A stretch of 64,000 nt of DNA from Longimicrobiales bacterium. GTDB lineage: Bacteria > Gemmatimonadota > Gemmatimonadetes > Longimicrobiales > Gaopeijiaceae. Shown piece by piece: positions 9,101-19,213 of the stretch. The notes below the pieces were generated by a model. That model was given only the letters and a program-made list of their open reading frames with translations. It made no database searches and was not told the DNA's origin. Position 1 is the stretch's first letter, and every line of letters starts with the position of its first letter. The stretch covers positions 576,001 to 640,000 of the forward strand of contig JAWLHJ010000003.1 in assembly GCA_041690395.1 (NCBI GenBank). The letters are read 5' to 3'. The translations under genes were made by a program, and so were the position numbers.

Positions 9101-10756
9101 TCAGACCAGGTCGTGCTCGTACGCGTAGGCGGTGGCCGCCGCCCGCGACGACACTCCGAGCTTGGCGAAGATGTGGGAGACGTGTCGCTCCACCGTCCGC
9201 TCGCTGATGAAGAGCTCCTCGCCGATCCGCCGGTTCGTGGCGCCGGACGCCAGGCACCGGAGCACCTCCGACTCCCGCGGCGTGAGTCCATGCTCGTGAG
9301 CGGTGGCCGTGCCCGGGTGTGCCTGGACCGACACGTCCTCCCCCTCCGCCCGGAGGCGGGCCAGGTCCGCTTCGGCGCCCAGCCGTTCCAATGTCCGGAC
9401 GGCTCCCTCCAGCTCGAGACCCGCGGTGTCCCCGTCCCCCAACACCCGGCAGGCCCGGGCCAGCAGGATCTGGATTCGTGCGGCCTCGTAGGGCGCGTCC
9501 AGCGCTTCCCACGTCGTCTGAGCCGTCCGGAGCTCGGACGAGGCGGCCAGGGCGTCCCCCTTCTCGAGCAGGACCGCTCCCCGTGCACCCGCCGCCAGCG
9601 CCAGGAGCAGAGGCGCCTCGAGATCCCGGGCGACGCCCGTCAGCGCTTCGGCGGCCTTCCGGGCCGCATCGATGTCTCCGGCAGCCAACATGATCTCGAC
9701 GCATGCCGGTAGAACCCGCCATTGCTGGGCCGGCGTGACGGCCTCCTCCACCACCCGGCGAATGGCGGCTTCGGCGTCCCCGATGCGTCCCTCGGCCAGA
9801 CGGAGCAGCGCCAGACCGGGCTGGGGAGTGCGTCCGCGGACGCTTGCCTCGCGGTACGCCTCCTCGGCCTCCGAGAAGTCGCCTCTCAGCCGGTGGACCT
9901 CCCCTCGCTGGTAGAAAGCGGCTCCCGCTCCCGGCTCCGCCGACGGACCGGTGAGGAGGCGACACGCCCGCGCAGCTTCTTCCAGGGCATCGGGCCAGTC
10001 TCCCTGTAGCCGGAGGATCTCCGAGCGGCGCACCAGGCATTCGCCGCGGAACGGGACGAGCTCCGGCTGCGAGGCACACCACCCGCTCAGCGCCGCAGTC
10101 CACTCCTTCGCTCGACCGAGATCGCAGATCTCGTGGCATGCCTGGATGACGGCGCAGTAGATCGTGCCCACGGCCACGGGACCCAGTCCCCCGGCATCGA
10201 CCGCGGCCATGGCTTCGTCCAGCAGGGCCACCCCCTCCTCGATGGCCCCGGACCGGATCCGAGCCTGACCTCGCCCCAGGCGCGACAGGGCCACGAGGTC
10301 CGCGGATCCGAAGCGCTCGCCGATGTCTCCGGCCTCCTGGAACGCCTCGCCGGCCGCCGCGGAGTCGCCTTCGGCCAGCAGGCGGAGGCCCCGGGGGAGA
10401 AGGACGAAGCCTTGTTCTTCGCAGTCTTGTCCGCATCCATCCAACAGGCTTTCCGCCCGGGAGATCCACCCACCGCCCCGGGCACGCTCACCTCGCATGA
10501 GGAGTTGAAAGCCCAACCAGAAAGCACACCGAGCCGCGCCTACGGGATCGTCCTGCTCCAGGTACTCACGATGCGCACCACCCAGAGCGTCGACGCTCTC
10601 GTCCCAGCGGCCCATGAGGTAGGCGGCGACGGAGAAGCGCTCGAGGACGGCAGGCTCCAGGCTCTGGTCCCGGTGCGCGCCCACGAGCGCCTCGTACGCC
10701 TCGGCCCACTTCCGGTTACGGAAGGCCTCCAGGCCCCGATCGCGCGCGTCGGACAT
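9101..10756 (-). CDS. LuxR-family transcriptional regulator (TPR-like helical region plus C-terminal HTH)
   Basis: GLTPRESEVLRCLASGATNRRIGEELFISERTVERHVSHIFAKL. Confidence 0.9.
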   Translation of the reverse strand: MSDARDRGLEAFRNRKWAEAYEALVGAHRDQSLEPAVLERFSVAAYLMGRWDESVDALGGAHREYLEQDDPVGAARCAFWLGFQLLMRGERARGGGWISRAESLLDGCGQDCEEQGFVLLPRGLRLLAEGDSAAAGEAFQEAGDIGERFGSADLVALSRLGRGQARIRSGAIEEGVALLDEAMAAVDAGGLGPVAVGTIYCAVIQACHEICDLGRAKEWTAALSGWCASQPELVPFRGECLVRRSEILRLQGDWPDALEEAARACRLLTGPSAEPGAGAAFYQRGEVHRLRGDFSEAEEAYREASVRGRTPQPGLALLRLAEGRIGDAEAAIRRVVEEAVTPAQQWRVLPACVEIMLAAGDIDAARKAAEALTGVARDLEAPLLLALAAGARGAVLLEKGDALAASSELRTAQTTWEALDAPYEAARIQILLARACRVLGDGDTAGLELEGAVRTLERLGAEADLARLRAEGEDVSVQAHPGTATAHEHGLTPRESEVLRCLASGATNRRIGEELFISERTVERHVSHIFAKLGVSSRAAATAYAYEHDLV

Positions 10757-10872
10757 CGTGACACCATCCCTCTGGGGGAGCGGAGGTGGACGGGGTTCGG
10801 TGCGAATGTAGGGGCTACCGAAGCGCCAGGACATTCCGTCGGCGCCGGATTACCTGCGGGCCCCGACCCCCA

Positions 10873-11679
10873 TCAGAACTGGAAGCGCCACCCGACCGAG
10901 AGGTCCAGCGCGTCACGGGCGTCGCCGTCGAGCGGCACCCGAAGGAACAGAGTCGAGCCCTCCGCCGTCTGCTGCAGCGCCACCCCGAGGTCGAGGTAGG
11001 AGGTGAACTGCCGTCCGAACCCGTCGTCTCCGGTCACGTCGTACGAGACGTTGAGGTCGGCGCGCAGCTCGGTGCTCCCCGCGGGCACGCTCCCCCACCC
11101 GGCCACGCGCGCATAGACGAACAGATTCTCGAAGTCGGTGGGCATGACGGCGGCGCCTCCGAGTCGAAGGCCCACCCGGCCGCCGTCCTCGAGCGCTCGC
11201 GAGGGAATCCAGGCACCCCTGAAGGAGACGGCGTCGTCGCTCCACTTCTCGAGCTCGTTCAGCCACGGAAGGGCGCCGACGAGAACGGCCAGGTCGGGAC
11301 CTCCGACGTTCGACGCGGTTGGGAGCGTCACCCCGAGGAAACCGGTGAGGTCGTTCGGCTCCCCGAAAAGGAGGGACGCGCGCAGGTTCCCGAGATAGAA
11401 GCTCGTACCGTTCGCGCCGTCGGTGCCGGCCACGGCGAGCGGGACGCCGATCGCGACCGCCCGCCCGGAGTTCAGGGGCAGCAGGACATCGGCTTCGATG
11501 TTGGAGCTGTAGAAGTCGAGGCCGTCGAACGGGAGGAACGGCTTCTCGAGCTGGAGCACGAACCCCGGGTCGTCCACCGGCGCGGGGACGAAGGTCTGGG
11601 CGTTCACGTCCGGCGCGGTCGACAGGAGCATGGTGAGCAGTCCGAGCCACACGGCCGGCGTAGCGATACGGTCCTTCAT
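10873..11679 (-). CDS. Hypothetical outer-membrane beta-barrel protein
   Basis: Signal peptide (..VNAQ), amphipathic strands, C-terminal VGWRFQF. Confidence 0.6.
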   Translation of the reverse strand: MKDRIATPAVWLGLLTMLLSTAPDVNAQTFVPAPVDDPGFVLQLEKPFLPFDGLDFYSSNIEADVLLPLNSGRAVAIGVPLAVAGTDGANGTSFYLGNLRASLLFGEPNDLTGFLGVTLPTASNVGGPDLAVLVGALPWLNELEKWSDDAVSFRGAWIPSRALEDGGRVGLRLGGAAVMPTDFENLFVYARVAGWGSVPAGSTELRADLNVSYDVTGDDGFGRQFTSYLDLGVALQQTAEGSTLFLRVPLDGDARDALDLSVGWRFQF

Positions 11680-11894
11680 CCGATTCCCCTTGCATTGATT
11701 GACGGATCGTCCGACCCGAGGGACTACACGACCTCGTGCACATAGGTTGCCGGCGGGTGTCGTACCGCTCAGCACACCCCACCCCCTGGCGGACCCACCG
11801 CCCCTCCCCTCACACTGACAATGTCCGGGAGCGGAACGTCCGCGGACGGGAAGCGGGCTCACCCTCCCATCCCGCAGGACAGGAGGATGTCGCC

Positions 11895-13325
11895 ATGATC
11901 GAGACCACGATCCACACGCGCGCCGGAGGCACCGTCACGGTTCCCGGCACCACGCTCGAGACCCTGCGCCAGAGTGTGTCCGGCGAGGTGATCGTCAGCG
12001 GCGACGGCGGGTACGACGAGGCCCGCGCGATCTGGAACGGTATGATCGACCGGCGCCCCGCGGTCATCGTCGCGTGCCGGAACACGCGCGACGTGCAAGC
12101 CGCGGTACGCTTCGCGGTCGAACACGACCTACTGACGACGGTCCGGGGCGGCGGCCACAACATCGCGGGAAGCGCCGTCGCGGACGGCGCCATGATGATC
12201 GACCTCTCCCGGATGCGCGACGTGCGTGTCGATCCGAAGCGTCGGGTCGCGCGCGTCGAGGGAGGCGCGCTGCTCTCCGACGTCGACGCGGCGACCCAGG
12301 AGCACGGACTGGCGGTGCCGCTCGGCATCAACTCCACCACGGGCGTGGCCGGGCTGACGCTCGGCGGCGGGTTCGGTTGGCTGAGCCGGAAGCACGGCTT
12401 GACCGTCGACAGCTTGATCTCCGCCGAGGTCGTGACCGCCGACGGCAGGCGGGTCGTCGCCAGCAAGGACGAGAACGAGGATCTCTTCTGGGCACTCCGC
12501 GGCGGCGGCGGCAACTTCGGCGTGGTGACCGCCTTCGAGTTCCGACTCCACCCTGTGGGTCCGGAGGTGCTCTCGGGACTCATCGTTCATCCGTTCGAGG
12601 ACGCTCCCTCCGTCCTCCGTCAGTATCGGGCGTTCACGGAACAGGCCCCGGACGACGTCTCCGTGTGGGTCGTGCTCCGCAAAGCACCGCCGCTGCCCTT
12701 CCTTCCGGAGGAGTGGCACGGACGGGAAGTCCTGGTGCTGGCGGCGTTCTACGCGGGCTCGATGGAGGACGGTGAGCAGGCGCTCCAGCCGGTGCGTGAC
12801 ATCGGCAACCCGATCGCGGACGTCATCGGACCGCATCCGTACACGGGATGGCAACAGGCCTTCGATCCGCTTCTCACCCCCGGGGCTCGCAACTACTGGA
12901 AGTCGCACGACTTCACCGAGCTCGACGACGGCATGCTCGACACCGTGTTGGAGCGGGTCGCGGCTCTTCCTTCCCCGGAGTGCGAGGTGTTCATCGCCCA
13001 CCTCGGCGGAGCCACCGGTCGGATCTCGCCCGACGCGACCGCATATCCGCACCGCGCCACGCGCTACATCATGAACGTCCACACGCGGTGGAGCGATCCG
13101 GAGGGCGACACGCCTTGCGTGAAGTGGGCGCGTGAACTCTTCGAGGCGGCGGCGCCGTACTCGACGGGTGGCGTCTACGTGAACTTCATGCCGGACGACG
13201 AGGTGGCCCGGATCGGCGCCGCGTACGGGCCGAACTACGATCGCCTCGTCGAGCTGAAGCAGCGTTGGGATCCGGACAACCGCTTCCGGGCCAACCAGAA
13301 CATCCGGCCGGTGACCGAGGCCTAG
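11895..13325 (+). CDS. FAD-linked oxidoreductase, BBE/6-hydroxy-D-nicotine oxidase family
   Basis: RGGGHN, GLTLGGGFG, DLFWALRGGGGNFGVVT, YVNF..KQRWDPDNRF; AGGAGG RBS. Confidence 0.9.
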   Translation: MIETTIHTRAGGTVTVPGTTLETLRQSVSGEVIVSGDGGYDEARAIWNGMIDRRPAVIVACRNTRDVQAAVRFAVEHDLLTTVRGGGHNIAGSAVADGAMMIDLSRMRDVRVDPKRRVARVEGGALLSDVDAATQEHGLAVPLGINSTTGVAGLTLGGGFGWLSRKHGLTVDSLISAEVVTADGRRVVASKDENEDLFWALRGGGGNFGVVTAFEFRLHPVGPEVLSGLIVHPFEDAPSVLRQYRAFTEQAPDDVSVWVVLRKAPPLPFLPEEWHGREVLVLAAFYAGSMEDGEQALQPVRDIGNPIADVIGPHPYTGWQQAFDPLLTPGARNYWKSHDFTELDDGMLDTVLERVAALPSPECEVFIAHLGGATGRISPDATAYPHRATRYIMNVHTRWSDPEGDTPCVKWARELFEAAAPYSTGGVYVNFMPDDEVARIGAAYGPNYDRLVELKQRWDPDNRFRANQNIRPVTEA

Positions 13326-13367
13326 CCGCCCTTCCCCCTCGCCGCCCGGGCCCGCATCGTAGGGGCG

Positions 13368-14222
13368 ATGATGGATCCCAGCGGGGGGAACGACATGCAT
13401 GGTGATCGAGCGGAGTCCCCGGGGGGGCGGCGGCGCGGCGCCGAACCGGCACGCGCGCTCGTCCTGCTCGCTGCGACGTCGTTTTGTGTCTGGGCGGATG
13501 CCGTATCCGCCCAGACCATCCTCAACGTGGAGCGGCTCCAGCCGGGTGACGTGGAGGGAACGCACTGGGGGGTGGAGGGAGAGTTCAGCCTCAGCCGCGG
13601 CAACAACGAGATCCTCGACGTGCTGGGCGGCGTCGTGCTCGGGCATCGATGGGAAGAAGAGTGGCTGAGAACCTTCGTGGGGTTCGACTACCGCTCGGAG
13701 ACGGGTGGGCCGGACGAAAGCGACCAATATCTCCACGTGCGCTACAACCGCTGGTGGACCGACCGCTGGCAGTCGTTCCATTTCGTGCAGTATCAGGCGA
13801 GTCGGACCAGCCTGCTGCAACGACGGGCGCTGGTCGGAAGTGGGATCCGTCACCGACTCGTGGACGGGCGCACGACGTTCGACGTCGGGACCGGCGTCAT
13901 GCGGGAGGAAGAGGACCTGGACGAGGAGCGGCTGTCCGGCACCCATCCGGCGCGACCGCGGGTATGGCGCATGGCCAACCTGCTCGTCGGAACGCGTCGG
14001 CTGAGCGAGGTGCTCCGCCTCGTGGGCGTGGCATACGTGCAGCCGGATCTGTCCGATTTCGGGGATCTCCGCACCCTCACCGACCTGTCGCTCCAGATCG
14101 CGCTGACGGACAACGTGGACCTCACCCTCCGCGGCGAATGGCGGCGCGACTCGAGGCCCCCGGCCGGGGTGCGCCGGGACGACGTGGTTCTGAGCACGGG
14201 CTTCACCGTGTCGTTCCGATGA
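13368..14222 (+). CDS. DUF481 family outer-membrane protein
   Basis: QTILNVE after the signal peptide, GN, HVRYN, YVQP; beta-barrel pattern; start uncertain. Confidence 0.7.
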   Translation: MMDPSGGNDMHGDRAESPGGRRRGAEPARALVLLAATSFCVWADAVSAQTILNVERLQPGDVEGTHWGVEGEFSLSRGNNEILDVLGGVVLGHRWEEEWLRTFVGFDYRSETGGPDESDQYLHVRYNRWWTDRWQSFHFVQYQASRTSLLQRRALVGSGIRHRLVDGRTTFDVGTGVMREEEDLDEERLSGTHPARPRVWRMANLLVGTRRLSEVLRLVGVAYVQPDLSDFGDLRTLTDLSLQIALTDNVDLTLRGEWRRDSRPPAGVRRDDVVLSTGFTVSFR

Positions 14223-14259
14223 CGCCCATGTCGTTCCGGGTGACGAGGCTATCCCGCCG

Positions 14260-16347
14260 GTGACGACCACGGCCCTCCGGGCGATCGGGGCCGCTCTCAT
14301 CGTCCTGTCCCTGACCCCGGTCTTCCGGATCCTGACGCCGGAGGAAGATGCGCCGGTTCGAGCCGCGAACCTCTCGATCGCCGAGGGGTCGCTCGAGTTG
14401 ATGTGGTGGGGCAGCCTCGTCGTCGTTCTGCTTGCGCTCGTGCTCACGCGGGTGGTCCCCGAGATACCCGGGCGCGTCGGGCGGGCCGCGGCGGAGGTGC
14501 TGTCCCGTCCATCGCCGGCGGTCTTCGCGGCCTGCGTCGCGTTGGTCGCCACGGTCGCGGGCGTACTCGTGGTCGGCGTCCTGTTCCAGTGCCTCCTGAC
14601 GAACGTCGACGAGATGGCCTCGTTGATCCACGCGCGCTACCTGGCGCTCGGACGGCTCGCCGGACCGGCGCTCCCCCTGCCGGAAGCCTGGCTGATCCCG
14701 AACATGCTCATCGTGCCGGAAGGTTGGGTGTCGCAGTACCCTCCGTCACATCTGGCCGTGATCGCCGTGTTCGACCGCATGGGGGTCCCGCTCGCCACCG
14801 GGCCGGTGTTTTTCGGCGTAATGGCCGGTCTCGTGGCCCTCACGCTCCCCCGCCTCGTCTCCGAGCGCGTCGTCGCCATGAGGGCCGCGGCCGTGCTCAC
14901 GGCCCTGAGTCCCATGCTCCTCTTCCTCGCCGGTGGCCTGCTCAGCCACCTGACGGCCGGTGCCGCCCTGACCCTGGCGGTCTATGCGGTGATCCGGGCG
15001 AGAGACGGCCGGGCGGCCTGGGCGGTCGTCGCAGGGGGAGCGATCGGCGTGGCGGTCAGCGCGCGACCGCTCACTGGGCTGGTCCTGGGGGCCCTGTTTC
15101 CAGTCGCGCTCTGGTGGCCCCGCGTCCGTGGCGGCGCGACCGGGCTCGGGGAACGGGTCCAGGCCGGCGGCCTCGGCTGGGGGGCTCGGCGGGTGGCGGC
15201 CCTCGTGGCCGGTGGGATCCCCTTCGCCGTCCTTCTCGGCGCATACCATGCCCGCGTGTTCGGAGGCGTGACCCACTGGGGATACCTGGCGGCCTTCGGT
15301 GCGGATCACGGCCTCGGCTTCCATCCCGATCCCTGGGGATACGACTACGGCCCGCGGGAAGCGCTGGCACTGACCTCGACCGATCTGGTCCAGCTCGGTG
15401 TCCAACTGCTCGAGACACCCCTGCCCCTCACGGCGGTCCTCGGGGCGTCGCTCCTGGTCGGGCGCGGACTCGGTCGTGGAACGGGCTTGCTCGCGGCGTG
15501 GGCGTTGATTCCGGTCGCGGCGAACGCCGTCTACTGGTTCCATGCTCCCCGCATGTACTACGAGTCCGCCCCTGCGTGGATCGCGCTCGCGGTGCTGGGT
15601 CTCCTGGGGATGTACGGACGCGCGTCCCCGGAAGCCGGACATCCGGCCCCACGACGTCAGTGGACGGCGCCCGCGCTGGGGTGGGTCACCCTGCTCGCAC
15701 TCGGATGGGGAGTCGCGCTCGGCACCCCGGCCCGGTGGACCAGCTACGCGTGGGACGACGCGACGCTGGCTTCCGTGCGCGCACCCGATGCGCCCCCCGG
15801 CCCACCCGCGCTGGTGTTCGTCCACACGCCCTGGACAGAGCGGATCACGGCGACCCTGCAGGGAGCGGGTGGCATGAGACAGGACAGTGTCACCGTGGCC
15901 CTCCGCCGGAACGACACATGCTCGCTGCACGCATACGCGGCAGCCCGCGAGCGGCGGGTCCGCGAAGGTGCGTCGGATGAGCTCCCGGTGGTGGACCTGC
16001 AGCACCGGGCCGGCGCGCCCGAGGGGCTGGGCCGCCACGCCACGGAGGGCGGCACGGTGATCCGCCTCCGCGCCGGGGAGAACCTCACCGATGATTGTGC
16101 GCGCGAGCTGGCCTCCGACCGCTTCGGCACGGTGGCGCTCGCTCCGCTCCTCTGGCAGGGTGACCTCCCGGGCGACGAACGGGGAGACCCGATGTTCGTC
16201 CGCGACCTCGGCCCTGAGAAGAACGCGGTCGTGCGAGCGGCGCATCCGGACCGGGCGCCGTTCGTCTTCGCGCCGCGGGCGGTCGGCGCCGCCCCGGAAC
16301 TGGTCCCATACGAGGGAGCGATGCGCCTGCTCTGGAGCAGGCGCTAG
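14260..16347 (+). CDS. Polytopic membrane protein, GT-C (family 39/ArnT-like) glycosyltransferase-like
   Basis: DE motif in first loop (NVDEMASL), SQYPP, many TM helices, RP motif. Confidence 0.6.
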   Translation: MTTTALRAIGAALIVLSLTPVFRILTPEEDAPVRAANLSIAEGSLELMWWGSLVVVLLALVLTRVVPEIPGRVGRAAAEVLSRPSPAVFAACVALVATVAGVLVVGVLFQCLLTNVDEMASLIHARYLALGRLAGPALPLPEAWLIPNMLIVPEGWVSQYPPSHLAVIAVFDRMGVPLATGPVFFGVMAGLVALTLPRLVSERVVAMRAAAVLTALSPMLLFLAGGLLSHLTAGAALTLAVYAVIRARDGRAAWAVVAGGAIGVAVSARPLTGLVLGALFPVALWWPRVRGGATGLGERVQAGGLGWGARRVAALVAGGIPFAVLLGAYHARVFGGVTHWGYLAAFGADHGLGFHPDPWGYDYGPREALALTSTDLVQLGVQLLETPLPLTAVLGASLLVGRGLGRGTGLLAAWALIPVAANAVYWFHAPRMYYESAPAWIALAVLGLLGMYGRASPEAGHPAPRRQWTAPALGWVTLLALGWGVALGTPARWTSYAWDDATLASVRAPDAPPGPPALVFVHTPWTERITATLQGAGGMRQDSVTVALRRNDTCSLHAYAAARERRVREGASDELPVVDLQHRAGAPEGLGRHATEGGTVIRLRAGENLTDDCARELASDRFGTVALAPLLWQGDLPGDERGDPMFVRDLGPEKNAVVRAAHPDRAPFVFAPRAVGAAPELVPYEGAMRLLWSRR

Positions 16348-17213
16348 GCCGGAAGAAGACCCTCCATACGCAGGAACGCGAGGACCTCGTCGACCGTCTC
16401 CGGCCACACGGAGAGGCAGTCGTTGTGGCCGCATGCCATGGGGACCACCTCCAGACCTGGGCGCGCAGCGGCGATGCGCGTCGCGTTGGCCAACGGCAGC
16501 ACCTCGTCGCGGGTGCCGTGCATGAGCAGCACCGGCCCCCGGTAGGCCGCCACGGCGCTCACCACGTCGAAGCGGTCCCGCACGAACCAGCGCGGCACCC
16601 GGAAGGAGCGCCAGGCGACGTCCGCCGCCGAGCTGAGCGTCGACACGAGTACCAGCGCATCGAGGGGTCGGCGGAGCGCCAGGTCGGCGACAGCACCCCC
16701 ACCGAGGGATCGGCCGATAGCGACGATGGGGTCGTCCGGCGGACGGCGCTCCGAAACGTGGTCGTACGCGGTCTCGAACACCTCGCCGATGGCGTCGCGC
16801 GAGGGTCGCCCGTCGGATCGACCGTAGCCCGGATACTCGACGAGGAGCGTGGACACACCGCCGTCCCGCAGGCTCTCCATCGGCGTGCTCCAGTCCTCGA
16901 TACGCTCCCCGTTCCCGTGCGCGAAGAGCGCGACCGGTGTGCCTGGGCCGGCGTCGAGCAGCCATGCTTCCACACGGCCGAACGAGACGTCGAGCCAAAC
17001 GCGCTCCACCCCCGCTGGCGGCGGAGCGTCGGATACGGCCGGGCCCATACCGGCTCCCGGAAAGACGATACTCCTCTGTACGCTGAACACCAGGAGCAGG
17101 TATCCAGCGTAGGCGACGGCGGCCAGCCGCGCAGCGCCCCAGACCAGGTCGAGCCAACGCCCGTCGCCCATGCTCGTGTCCACTTGGTCCGGGGCCTCAG
17201 CCCGGACGCTCAT
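16344..17213 (-). CDS. Alpha/beta hydrolase (ABHD/Bem46-like)
   Basis: HGNGE, EYPGYGRS, GRSLG, HGTRDE, GHND. Confidence 0.9.
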   Translation of the reverse strand: MSVRAEAPDQVDTSMGDGRWLDLVWGAARLAAVAYAGYLLLVFSVQRSIVFPGAGMGPAVSDAPPPAGVERVWLDVSFGRVEAWLLDAGPGTPVALFAHGNGERIEDWSTPMESLRDGGVSTLLVEYPGYGRSDGRPSRDAIGEVFETAYDHVSERRPPDDPIVAIGRSLGGGAVADLALRRPLDALVLVSTLSSAADVAWRSFRVPRWFVRDRFDVVSAVAAYRGPVLLMHGTRDEVLPLANATRIAAARPGLEVVPMACGHNDCLSVWPETVDEVLAFLRMEGLLPA

Positions 17214-18210
17214 CCGAGCCGAGCCGCAAACGGAAGCCGATCACGGTCCCCGCGTCCTCGAAGCCAGCGGCTCGATGGAACGCGAGGCTGGCGGCGTTGT
17301 CCGCCTCCACGTCCGAAGCCAGCTCACGGAGGCCCAGGGCGACGCCCCACGCCTCGGCGAGTCGAACCAGGGCCGTGGCCACGCCCGTGTGGCGTGCCTC
17401 CGGATCCACCCAGATCCCCTCGACATACGCGACCGGAGAGGTGACGCACCCCTCGGCGTAGGCCCGGAGCCCGACCTCGGCGAACGCGCGCGGCTCACCC
17501 TCCGGGCTCTCCGCCACGAAGGTCACGGCGGACGGATCCGGGCCATCCAGGAGCGCGTCGACCTCCTCGGCCTCCGAGTCCGGCCAGAGCGCCTGGCGCA
17601 TCCGGACCAGCGAGGGCCGGTCCCGGGGCTCCGCCCGCCGGAGCAGATATCCGCCGACCGTCCGCTCGAGCGGGGGGTCCACGCCGACGAGTCGGGGATC
17701 CGGCCAGGCACCTCCGCCACGCAGGATGCCCGCCGTCGCGATCACCTGGCCCGCGTGCCTGCGGGTGTGCTCCGCGGCGTGGAACAGGAGGCCTCGCACG
17801 TTGCTCGGGAGTCCGGCGCGGCCGACCTTCCGCTCCTCGCCGAGGGATTCCGGCGACGTGGCCCGCAGCACGTCGAGCGCACGGCCGATCGCGGTCCGTA
17901 CTCCGTCGAGGAGCGTGTCCGCGGAGACCGGAGGACTGCCGGGTTCCGCCTCGGCCGCGATCGCACGCAGCTGACCCGCGCTCAGCGCCTCACCACTCAC
18001 GTACGTGAACAGGCGGTCGAGGCTCCCGACTACGTGCCGCAGGTGGAATCCCACGGATGCGACGCCCCCGGGTCGCGCCCAGAGTCGCGCGGGGTCCAGG
18101 CCGCCCGCGGCACGCTCGAGCTCCTCGCCCGCGTCGAGGAGCGCGTGCGCGACGGGCATGAGGGCCTCGGGAACGCCCTCGACCGGCCCGCGGAGCCAGG
18201 CCTCAGTCAC
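17197..18210 (-). CDS. Fusion of a DinB-family domain and an AAC(6')-I-like GNAT acetyltransferase
   Basis: FHLRHVVGSLDRL and HAAEHTRRH (DinB); YAEGCVTSPVAYVEGIWV..ELASD..N..SLAFH..GF (AAC(6')-I-like). Confidence 0.8.
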   Translation of the reverse strand: MTEAWLRGPVEGVPEALMPVAHALLDAGEELERAAGGLDPARLWARPGGVASVGFHLRHVVGSLDRLFTYVSGEALSAGQLRAIAAEAEPGSPPVSADTLLDGVRTAIGRALDVLRATSPESLGEERKVGRAGLPSNVRGLLFHAAEHTRRHAGQVIATAGILRGGGAWPDPRLVGVDPPLERTVGGYLLRRAEPRDRPSLVRMRQALWPDSEAEEVDALLDGPDPSAVTFVAESPEGEPRAFAEVGLRAYAEGCVTSPVAYVEGIWVDPEARHTGVATALVRLAEAWGVALGLRELASDVEADNAASLAFHRAAGFEDAGTVIGFRLRLGSDERPG

Positions 18211-18213
18211 GAC

Positions 18214-19062
18214 TCAGCACGCTGCGGGGCGCCGGGACCGCTCGGGCTCGCGACTCCGGCCGAACAGCCCCCCGATGCGACCCCGCACCTCGTCTTCGGC
18301 CCGGTCCCTCATGGCGTCGCCGGCCCGGTCCCGGAGCGCGTCCAGCGTGGCGCCCACGATGCGCGATCCGGGCGCGGCTCGCTGCACGTCCTGGACCGCC
18401 TCGAACGCCTGGTCGTACGCCCCATGATCGAGCAGGCACAAGGCTTCGGAGAACGCCACCATCGTGTCGAGGTCGTCGATGCGATTCTCCTCCTGCCGCT
18501 CGCGCAGCCGGGCCCGCTCGTCCTCCGTGAGCACCAGCTCGAAGCCCTCGACGAGCTGGTCGGCGAGGCTCTGCTGGAGGTCGAAGAGGGCGTCCTGCTG
18601 TCCCGTGACCTGCGCCGTGGTCACGATCTCGGCGGTCTCGACCCGGTCGATGCGTGTATCCAACCGCATCTCCGGGTCGACGGTCACGAACGCGCCCGCG
18701 ACGACGTACTCCGCTCCCATGATCATCCCTACGCTCTGGGCCGACGACGGATCGGCGTAGGCCGACTGTTGCAGATCGAGCTCGGCGAGCAGCTCCTCGA
18801 GACGCTCGCGCTCGACGAGTCGAATGCGCTCGATGACGGAGAGGTCCGAGATCGTCATGCTCGACAGAGCGCGCCCGAGATGGTCGAAGCGGGGATCGCC
18901 CGTGTTGTTGTCGAACCGCAGGACGGCGACGACGCGCCTCTCCTCCGGGGCCTCCTGGAACGCGGCGGCCGAGGCCGGCGCGAGCGCGATGCCGCAGCAG
19001 ACGGTCAGACCCGCGACGAGGCGCGTGACGACAGGGAGGAGCCGACGTGGATGGGCGATCAT
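18214..19062 (-). CDS. Exported CsgG/HfaB-like domain protein
   Basis: VAVLRFDN..LVERERLEELLAEL..GAEYVVAGAF; signal peptide. Confidence 0.7.
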   Translation of the reverse strand: MIAHPRRLLPVVTRLVAGLTVCCGIALAPASAAAFQEAPEERRVVAVLRFDNNTGDPRFDHLGRALSSMTISDLSVIERIRLVERERLEELLAELDLQQSAYADPSSAQSVGMIMGAEYVVAGAFVTVDPEMRLDTRIDRVETAEIVTTAQVTGQQDALFDLQQSLADQLVEGFELVLTEDERARLRERQEENRIDDLDTMVAFSEALCLLDHGAYDQAFEAVQDVQRAAPGSRIVGATLDALRDRAGDAMRDRAEDEVRGRIGGLFGRSREPERSRRPAAC

Positions 19063-19213
19063 GCTCGGACGGGCTGGAGGATCATGCGGCGCCGCCGTCG
19101 GAGCGATGCGCCGAACCGAACGCGAATTTCCGTGGCGGCGCCCGGACCCGCAACCCGTCGACGGGCGGGCTGCCGAAACCGCTCACCGGCCGAGGCGTCG
19201 TCGGGCGGACGGC

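Noticed and set aside
18214..19062. Curli secretion system
   Set aside because: Only a CsgG-like domain is present; no curlin-repeat, csgE or csgF genes are nearby.
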